From Acidimicrobiia bacterium (GTDB lineage: Bacteria; Actinomycetota; Acidimicrobiia; Spongiisociales; Spongiisociaceae), in the NCBI GenBank assembly GCA_011523635.1, contig WTGI01000072.1, forward strand, positions 592 to 64,591: DNA of 64,000 nt. The letters are read 5' to 3'. A model generated the notes under the pieces. It worked only from the letters and a program-made list of their open reading frames with translations. It was not told the origin of the DNA and searched no databases. How positions within the stretch are numbered: the first letter of the stretch is position 1; every line of letters starts with the position of its first letter. Of this stretch, positions 41,484 through 48,012 are shown piece by piece. The translations under genes were made by a program, and so were the position numbers.

Positions 41484-42329
41484 CTAGCGGAGACCTTCGA
41501 AGAGGTCTGTCTCCCGGAACGGTGCTTCCACCCTCGAGAAGACCCGTTGGAACGTCTCCACGCCCAGCACGCCGGGTATTTCCTCGTCCGGAACCTGGAG
41601 CATGAACCAGTCCTCGGGAATCTGGGTGCGGTGGGCGCGCAGGGAGGCGAGCTTCTTGCCGACCCACGGCCTGACGTCCACCACGGTAGTGATGTCCTCG
41701 TCAGGGGTGCCCCAACCCTCGGACTCCTTGGCCTCCTCCTCGGTGATCAGGCCGGCCTCGTACCGTGCCTGGGTCATCGTCCGCAGCCGCGACCGCGGCC
41801 ACGTGCTTATGTAGAGCTTGGCCGGAGTCCAGAGTTCCTCACCGTCCTGGAGCGGGAACCAGCGTACGTTCTCGGCTCCGAAGTAGGCGGCCATCCCTAT
41901 CCGGTGGACCTGGAGGTGGTCCGGATGCCCGTAACCGCCGAACGGGTCGTAGATGGTCATCACCTCCGGCCGGTGCCGGCGAACGAGCCTCAGGAGGCGG
42001 GCGGTCGCCTCGAAGAAGTCCGCCTGCCAGAAGCAGTCCGGGTGCTCGTTGCAATCGGATCCCATCATGCCCGAGTCCCGGTAGCCGAGGAAGTGGTGCT
42101 CGGAGATGCCGAGGATCGAAGCCGACTCGGCCATCTCCTCCGCCCGGACCTCGGCCAGCCGCGGACGTATCTCATCCGGGTTGTCGTGGTTGTGGACCTC
42201 GCCCTCGGCCCCGTCGGTGGCCGTGACCACCACGACATGCTCGCCTGCCTCCGCGTACCGTGCCAGGACGCCTCCCGTCGAAGTGGCCTCATCGTCTGGA
42301 TGGGCATGGAAGGCGAGCAGCCCGGGCAT
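41484..42329 (-). CDS. PIG-L family N-acetylglucosaminyl deacetylase/amidase (Mca/MshB-like, mycothiol metabolism)
   Basis: This lies in ORF 41484..42455(-), with ATG at 42329. The sequence is MPGLLAFHAHPDDEATSTGG...GGYGHPDHLQVHR. The length and layout resemble actinobacterial Mca. Confidence 0.8.
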   Translation of the reverse strand: MPGLLAFHAHPDDEATSTGGVLARYAEAGEHVVVVTATDGAEGEVHNHDNPDEIRPRLAEVRAEEMAESASILGISEHHFLGYRDSGMMGSDCNEHPDCFWQADFFEATARLLRLVRRHRPEVMTIYDPFGGYGHPDHLQVHRIGMAAYFGAENVRWFPLQDGEELWTPAKLYISTWPRSRLRTMTQARYEAGLITEEEAKESEGWGTPDEDITTVVDVRPWVGKKLASLRAHRTQIPEDWFMLQVPDEEIPGVLGVETFQRVFSRVEAPFRETDLFEGLR

Positions 42330-42522
42330 GCGGAGTCTCCGGTGGTTCGGCGGGGTATTCCGACCGGCAAGGATAGATGGATCGGATGGGAGCCACGCAC
42401 CGACCTCAGTTGTTCGACAGATGGCCGGCCCAGCGGGCGGATCCGGTGCTCGCAAACCGACCGAGTGGGACTACCTCAACTAGCTGGAGTCCCGTAGTTG
42501 GAGTCCCGCCGCACCCCTCAAG

Positions 42523-42855
42523 TCAGACCGCGAAGGGGTCGTTCAAGAACCACACGACCACCAGCACGAGCCAGACCACCACTCCCGCGATGAACAGTGC
42601 TGCCGTGATCACCGAAACGGTCGTACCGGCCTTGGCCAACCTGCGATGTCTGGGCGCGTCCCGACCGGCCCGAATGGACAGGAGCAGACCCGTGACCCAG
42701 AGGATCGCCCCGACCACCAGCAGGGGGACGACGATATCGCCGGCGGTGTTGAGCAGAGCCGGCACCGTCACAATGAGGATCAACAGCACTTCGACCGCCA
42801 AGACGGATATCGAACAGACGAAACCGGCGACCGCCAGGCGGTCTCCTCGGGTCAT
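42523..42855 (-). CDS. small integral membrane protein (4 predicted TM)
   Basis: The ORF has 110 aa and hydrophobic spans (AGFVCSISVLAVEVLLILIV, VVPLLVVGAILWVTGLLL, SVITAALFIAGVVVWLVLVVVWF). I recognise no family. Confidence 0.6.
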   Translation of the reverse strand: MTRGDRLAVAGFVCSISVLAVEVLLILIVTVPALLNTAGDIVVPLLVVGAILWVTGLLLSIRAGRDAPRHRRLAKAGTTVSVITAALFIAGVVVWLVLVVVWFLNDPFAV

Positions 42856-42927
42856 GACCGATCGAACTCCCGGCTCCTCATCGTGCGCCTCGTGCCGGCG
42901 TCGCGAATACCGCGGTCGCGAGTGGCT

Positions 42928-44007
42928 CTACTCCGGCGCCGGCCAGAACGTCACACCGCTGAGCCACTTGCCTCCGCCGGTGATCTCCGTGAATTCCCAT
43001 TCGTTTCCGTCCTGGCTGGTAAGGGCTATGGCTGCCGTGTCGGTGACTCCGTACTCACCGTATGTCTCGCTCTGGCCGACCACGACGAAGCTCGCTTTGC
43101 CATACGCTACATCCAACAGAGATTGAGCCTCGCCCGAGTAGACAAGGGTCCAGTTGACGCCATCCGAACTCGTGATGATCGAACTCCGGCTCTGTTTCTC
43201 TGCCGCGTCGTATCTATCTCCAACCGCAACGAATAGTCCGTTTCCGTGAGTTACTCCCCTCAGAAACGTTTGCTCGGGAGCACCTGACTCTCGTGACATC
43301 CAGTCAACGCCATCGAGACTGGAGAAGATGGAGCTCAATCCTCCTGTGATAACAAATGTACCGTCACCATAACCAATACCGAATAACTGTCTTGGTGCCT
43401 CGAACGGGCTAGTATTCCAGCTAAAACCGTCCGGGCTCGTGGCCACCAGATTGGTTCCGACGGCCACGAACTTTCTCCCACCGTAAGTTATCGCTCGGAG
43501 CCCTCCCGGGATAACGTGGTCTATGGGAGACCAGTCCAGACCATCGCGACTCGTGGCGACTATGGCCCCCGAGCCGAGATCGGAACGCAGGTACTCCCCC
43601 ACTGCGATGAAACGATCATCGCCAAATGCGACATCAACTGCACCCATCAGTAGTCCGTCACCTGGATCGACCATCGTCCATCGGGCGCCGTCAGTGGTGA
43701 CAACCACATAGCCTTCCGGTCCCAATGCGACAACCCGACCGCCTCCGTGGGCCACGGCGGTCAGGACCAGAGAATCCTCCTGCTCAGTCCACGTAGTGCC
43801 GTCGCTACTCGTCATGACTCCAGAACCCACAGCGACAAACAACGGAGGCGGATCCGAGGCGACAGTCCTGTTCGCCGAGACAGCGGTCCCGACGGCCTCA
43901 CCAGGTGCCTCATCGCCGATACCCCCGTCACCACATGCCACAAGCGCCACCGAGCTAAGAGCCACCAGCCAACTGATCAGAAACCGTTCCCGGATGCGTT
44001 GGCGCAT
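42928..44007 (-). CDS. lipoprotein with seven BNR/Asp-box repeats (predicted beta-propeller)
   Basis: This lies in ORF 42928..44064(-), with ATG at 44007. The sequence MRQRIRERFLISWLVALSSVALVAC carries the lipobox LVAC. The Asp-boxes are SSDGTTW, TTDGARW, SRDGLDW, SPDGFSW, SLDGVDW, SSDGVNW and SQDGNEW. GC is visibly lower than in the flanks. Confidence 0.8.
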   Translation of the reverse strand: MRQRIRERFLISWLVALSSVALVACGDGGIGDEAPGEAVGTAVSANRTVASDPPPLFVAVGSGVMTSSDGTTWTEQEDSLVLTAVAHGGGRVVALGPEGYVVVTTDGARWTMVDPGDGLLMGAVDVAFGDDRFIAVGEYLRSDLGSGAIVATSRDGLDWSPIDHVIPGGLRAITYGGRKFVAVGTNLVATSPDGFSWNTSPFEAPRQLFGIGYGDGTFVITGGLSSIFSSLDGVDWMSRESGAPEQTFLRGVTHGNGLFVAVGDRYDAAEKQSRSSIITSSDGVNWTLVYSGEAQSLLDVAYGKASFVVVGQSETYGEYGVTDTAAIALTSQDGNEWEFTEITGGGKWLSGVTFWPAPE

Positions 44008-44070
44008 GAACCGCGCCGTCTTCCGAGTTACCCCGAGATCACGGTTGATCTTCATCGGAAGCACACCCTT
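43987..44070 (-). mobile_element. possible relic of an IS1595-family (ISXO2-like) transposase N-terminal HTH
   Basis: The in-frame translation KGVLPMKINRDLGVTRKTARFMRQRIRE resembles the conserved IS1595 segment KGISs.qLsReLGVTyKTAWFM.HRIRE, recalled from memory. No DDE domain follows. The segment is fused to the signal peptide of the lipoprotein. Confidence 0.35.
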
Positions 44071-44104
44071 GGGCTGGTGACACCGAGACGGAATCCATAG
44101 GCGG

Positions 44105-45112
44105 CTAGCCGCCTATGTAGCTCATCTCTATCTTTGGTAGTTCGACGGTGGCTTCGGAGCGGATCTCCGAGTAGCGATCGTCCCGTTCAGTCCAGATCCG
44201 GTGGATGGTGCGGATTATCTCCTCCTCGCCCGCTCCGGATCGGAGGACGCGGCGGAAGTCGGTGCCCTTGACCGCGAACAGGCAGGTGTAGAGCATCCCT
44301 TCCGCCGAGATCCGGGCCCTCGTACACGTTCCGCAGAAGGGCTGGGTGACCGAGGCGATGAAGCCGACCTCGCCGGCGCCGTCCACGTAACGCCAGCGCT
44401 TGGCCACCTCGCCCCGGTAGTTGGGAGCCACCGGCTCGATCGGGAACTCGGCGTCTATGGCACGGATCAACTCGGCGGCCGGCACCACGTCGTCCATCCG
44501 CCAGCCGTTGGTGGCACCCACATCCATGTACTCGATGAAGCGGAGGATGTGGCCGGTGCCCCGGAAGTGGCGTGCCATATCCACCACCCCATCGTCGTTC
44601 ACTCCCCTCTTGACCACCGCATTCACCTTCACGGGCAGGCCCGCCGCCGATGCCGCCTCGATACCGTCCAGCACGGCCGCCACCGGGAAGCCCACGTCGT
44701 TCATCGCCATGAAGGTGGCCTCGTCCATGGAGTCGAGCGAGACCGTGACCCGGGCCAACCCGGCCGATACCAGCGCCTCGGCCTTGCGAGCCAGCAGCGA
44801 GCCGTTGGTGGTGAGGGTCACCTCGCATCCGGTGCCGCCGGCGAGCATGGCGATCAGCCGCTCGATGCCCCTGCGCAGGAGGGGCTCGCCGCCGGTGAGC
44901 CGTATCTTCTCCACGCCCAACTGCTCGAAGGCGCGGGCCAGGGTGACTATCTCCTCGAAGCTGAGCAGCAGGTCTCGCTTAAGGAACACGTACTCCCGGT
45001 TGAAGATCTCGGCCGGCATGCAGTAGCGGCACCGGAAATTGCATCTGTCGGTCACCGAGAGCCGCAGGTCACGAACGGGACGCCGCCTGGTATCCACCAC
45101 CACTGGAGTCAT
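44105..45112 (-). CDS. moaA: GTP 3',8-cyclase MoaA (radical SAM, molybdenum cofactor biosynthesis)
   Basis: The sequence is [18 protein letters not shown] (CxxxCxxC)...LTGGEPLLR...C-terminal [20 protein letters not shown]. Confidence 0.93.
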   Translation of the reverse strand: MTPVVVDTRRRPVRDLRLSVTDRCNFRCRYCMPAEIFNREYVFLKRDLLLSFEEIVTLARAFEQLGVEKIRLTGGEPLLRRGIERLIAMLAGGTGCEVTLTTNGSLLARKAEALVSAGLARVTVSLDSMDEATFMAMNDVGFPVAAVLDGIEAASAAGLPVKVNAVVKRGVNDDGVVDMARHFRGTGHILRFIEYMDVGATNGWRMDDVVPAAELIRAIDAEFPIEPVAPNYRGEVAKRWRYVDGAGEVGFIASVTQPFCGTCTRARISAEGMLYTCLFAVKGTDFRRVLRSGAGEEEIIRTIHRIWTERDDRYSEIRSEATVELPKIEMSYIGG

Positions 45113-45248
45113 CGCGGCCAGCCTAATGGTGGCCCGGAATTCCGGGACATCTCCAGCCGGACAGCCCTATATGGTTCAGAATGAGAAAAAAGGTCTCGGA
45201 TTGCTCCGGCAGGTCAGCATTGTTTTGCGCTAGGTTGACCGCCGATCC

Positions 45249-45701
45249 ATGTCGTTCAAGATGCCAAATCGTAACTACCGCTGCTTTGCGACCGGCCGCC
45301 GGCACCGGAGGCGTTCTAACGCCCGGTTGCTCGGCGACCAGTCCGGCGCCGCCGTCATCGAGACCCTCATGGCGATGGGCATGGCCCTGATCACGGCTGC
45401 CTTCCTGATGAACGGCCTGCTGATGCTCTACACCCGCTCGGTGATCCAGCACGCCGCCGATTCGGGAGCTCGGGCCGGTGCCCTCTCCGGCGGAACCGGG
45501 CCGATCTGCGAGGACACCGCCGAGGGCATCATCTCCGGCCTGGCCAACCTCTACCAGGACTCCACCGAGGTGGACTGCGACCGCGGGGAGGCCCTCACCA
45601 CAGCCGCGATCACCGCCCGGCTCCGGCCCGTCTTCCCATCCCTAGGACCCTCCTGGAGCTTCACTATGCAGGCCACCAGCGTCACCGAGCCGGTCCCGTG
45701 A
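45249..45701 (+). CDS. TadE-like pilus pseudopilin
   Basis: It has 150 aa. The prepilin-like N-terminus is GDQSGAAVIETLMAMGMALITAAFLMNGLL. It overlaps the next gene by 4 nt. Confidence 0.7.
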   Translation: MSFKMPNRNYRCFATGRRHRRRSNARLLGDQSGAAVIETLMAMGMALITAAFLMNGLLMLYTRSVIQHAADSGARAGALSGGTGPICEDTAEGIISGLANLYQDSTEVDCDRGEALTTAAITARLRPVFPSLGPSWSFTMQATSVTEPVP

Positions 45702-46147
45702 TCCACGTCATGCGCCTCCCTTCGCGGATGTTGGACGAACGCGGCACTGGCGCCATCGACCTCGTGCTGGTGTCGGCCTTCATCCTGATCCCGTTCGCCA
45801 TGCTGCTGCTCAGCTTCCCCATCCGGATGGAATACCGGTCCATGGCCGACGCCGCCGCCAGGGAAGCGGTACGAGCCTGCGCCACCGCCTTCGACCCGGA
45901 GACGGGACAGGACCGGGCCGAGGCTGTGGCCCGCCAGATCCTGGCCGAGCGGAGCCTGGGTCCGGGTGAGACCGACCTCTCGATCGACTGCCGGACCTCC
46001 TGGGCGCCGGGAGGCGTGGTGAGCGCCCGCGTGTCGCTGGACGTGCCGGCCATCGACGTGATGGGAACCTGGACGGTGGGATCGTGGACCGTCACCAGTA
46101 GCTACCGGGAGCAGATGGAGCCCTACCGGAGCATCCCGCGCCCATGA
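45698..46147 (+). CDS. TadE-like pilus pseudopilin
   Basis: It has 149 aa. The sequence is DERGTGAIDLVLVSAFILIPFAMLLL. An ATGA overlap links it to the next gene. Confidence 0.65.
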   Translation: MIHVMRLPSRMLDERGTGAIDLVLVSAFILIPFAMLLLSFPIRMEYRSMADAAAREAVRACATAFDPETGQDRAEAVARQILAERSLGPGETDLSIDCRTSWAPGGVVSARVSLDVPAIDVMGTWTVGSWTVTSSYREQMEPYRSIPRP

Positions 46148-46587
46148 GGCGCGTGGCGAAGGCCGGCCGGCCCGGACCGGCCGGCGATCGAGGCGCCGTC
46201 GTGCTGTGGAGCCTGGGACTGCTGCTGATGCTGTTGTTCGCGGGCGGTCTGGCCCTCGACCTGTGGCGGGTGCTCTCCCGGCACGGCACCCTGGCCGGCA
46301 TCGCCTACAAGTCGGCCGTAGCGGGGGCCGCCCAGGTGGTCGAGTCCGACCTGTACCAGAACAGGGTGGTGTTGGATCCGGATCTCGCCGAGGAGGCTGC
46401 TCGCCGGTTCGCCGAGGACCAGCCGGACTGGGACGACTCGATGAACCTCTCTCCCGAAGCGAGCGAGTCGGAGATAGTGGTGGAGTTGACCCAGACGGTC
46501 CCGCTGACGCTCATGCGAATGTTCGCTCCCGCCGGTGGGATACCGGTCACCGTGACCGCCCGCGCCTCGCCGGCCGAGTTCGAGTGA
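46144..46587 (+). CDS. TadG-like (Flp pilus assembly, Tad N-terminal domain) protein
   Basis: It has 147 aa. The sequence is DRGAVVLWSLGLLLMLLFAGGLALDLWRVLSRHGTLAGIAYKSAVAGA. Confidence 0.65.
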   Translation: MRRVAKAGRPGPAGDRGAVVLWSLGLLLMLLFAGGLALDLWRVLSRHGTLAGIAYKSAVAGAAQVVESDLYQNRVVLDPDLAEEAARRFAEDQPDWDDSMNLSPEASESEIVVELTQTVPLTLMRMFAPAGGIPVTVTARASPAEFE

Positions 46588-46650
46588 ATCCGGCCTTGCT
46601 GCCGGGTCGCCGCGTCTACATTGGCATCTACCCGGAGAGATGAGGACAAC

Positions 46651-48012
46651 GTGCGCAGTTTCGACCTACTGGTAATCGGCGCAGGCTCGGGCAATTCGGT
46701 GATCGGACCCGAACACGACGACTGGGACATCGCCATGGTGGAGCACGGCCCGTTCGGCGGGACCTGTCTCAACGTGGGATGCCTCCCGTCCAAGATGTTC
46801 GTCTACACGGCCGAGGTCGCCGAGCTAGCCGCGGATGGCGAGCGGCTGGGCCTTCACACCAGCTTCAACGGCGCCGACTGGCCCGCCGTGAGGGATCGTG
46901 TCTTCGGGCGAATCGACCCGATCGCCCAGGCGGGCCGTGACTACCGGGACGGGCTGCCCAACGTCACCGTCTACCCCGTCACCGGACGCTTCGTCGCCCC
47001 CAGGCAACTGGCGGTCGGCGACGAGGTGATAACGGCCGACCGAGTCGTGCTGGCGGCGGGCGCCCGAGCCGTGGTTCCGCCCGTGCCCGGCCTGGAAGGC
47101 GTCGGCTACCACACCTCCGACACGATCATGCGCCTGGAGCGGCTACCCGAGCGCCTGCTGGTGATCGGCGCCGGCTACATCGCCGCCGAACTGGGGGGTG
47201 TCATGGGGGCGCTTGGGTCCAGGGTGACGTTCCTGCTGCGGGGTGACAGCTTCCTACGAAGGGAGGACGAGGAGATCAGTCGCCGCTTCACCGAGTCCTA
47301 CACGCGCCGTTTCGACGTGCGTACCCACACCCGGATTCTCGGGGCTCGCCGGGAAGGTGACGAGGTGGTGTTGCAGGTAGCGGATCGCGATGGGGTCACC
47401 ACGGACCTGCGGGGTGACGAGCTCCTGGTGGCGACAGGGCGGAAGCCCAATTCGGACCTGGTGGACGCGGCCGCCGGCGGGCTCGCCGTGGCAGACCGGG
47501 GCCAGGTGATCACCGACGACCACCTCCGGACCAACGTGGACGGTGTGTGGGCGCTGGGCGACATCACCAACCCCATCCAGCTCAAGCACGTGGCCAACCA
47601 CGAAGCCAGGGTGGTGCGCCACAACCTGACCAATCCGGACTCCCCGATAGCCGTGGATCACCGCTTCATCCCCCACGCCGTGTTCGGCCATCCGCAGATC
47701 GCCGCGGTGGGGTTGACCGAACGCGAGTGCCGGGAACAGGGCCTCCCATACGTGTCTCATGTCCAGCCCTATTCGGCTGCCGGCTACGGATGGGCCCTGG
47801 AGGACACCGAGAGCGTCGCCAAAGTCATCGCCCACCGCGACACGCGCCGGCTGCTCGGGGGCCATATCATCGGCCCGCAGGCCTCCACCCTCATCCAGCA
47901 GCTGATCCAGGGAATGCACTTCGACCTGACCGTCGACCAGATGGCCCGGGACCAGTACTACATCCACCCGGCCCTACCGGAGGTGGTGGAGCAAGCACTC
48001 CTCGAGCTCTAG
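46651..48012 (+). CDS. mtr: mycothione reductase-like pyridine nucleotide-disulfide oxidoreductase
   Basis: This lies in ORF 46621..48012(+), with GTG at 46651. The sequence FDLLVIGAGSGNSV...GGTCLNVGCLPSKMF contains the redox disulfide. The C-terminal dimerisation domain has HPALPE. The TAG stop is embedded in the inverted-repeat element. Confidence 0.8.
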   Translation: MRSFDLLVIGAGSGNSVIGPEHDDWDIAMVEHGPFGGTCLNVGCLPSKMFVYTAEVAELAADGERLGLHTSFNGADWPAVRDRVFGRIDPIAQAGRDYRDGLPNVTVYPVTGRFVAPRQLAVGDEVITADRVVLAAGARAVVPPVPGLEGVGYHTSDTIMRLERLPERLLVIGAGYIAAELGGVMGALGSRVTFLLRGDSFLRREDEEISRRFTESYTRRFDVRTHTRILGARREGDEVVLQVADRDGVTTDLRGDELLVATGRKPNSDLVDAAAGGLAVADRGQVITDDHLRTNVDGVWALGDITNPIQLKHVANHEARVVRHNLTNPDSPIAVDHRFIPHAVFGHPQIAAVGLTERECREQGLPYVSHVQPYSAAGYGWALEDTESVAKVIAHRDTRRLLGGHIIGPQASTLIQQLIQGMHFDLTVDQMARDQYYIHPALPEVVEQALLEL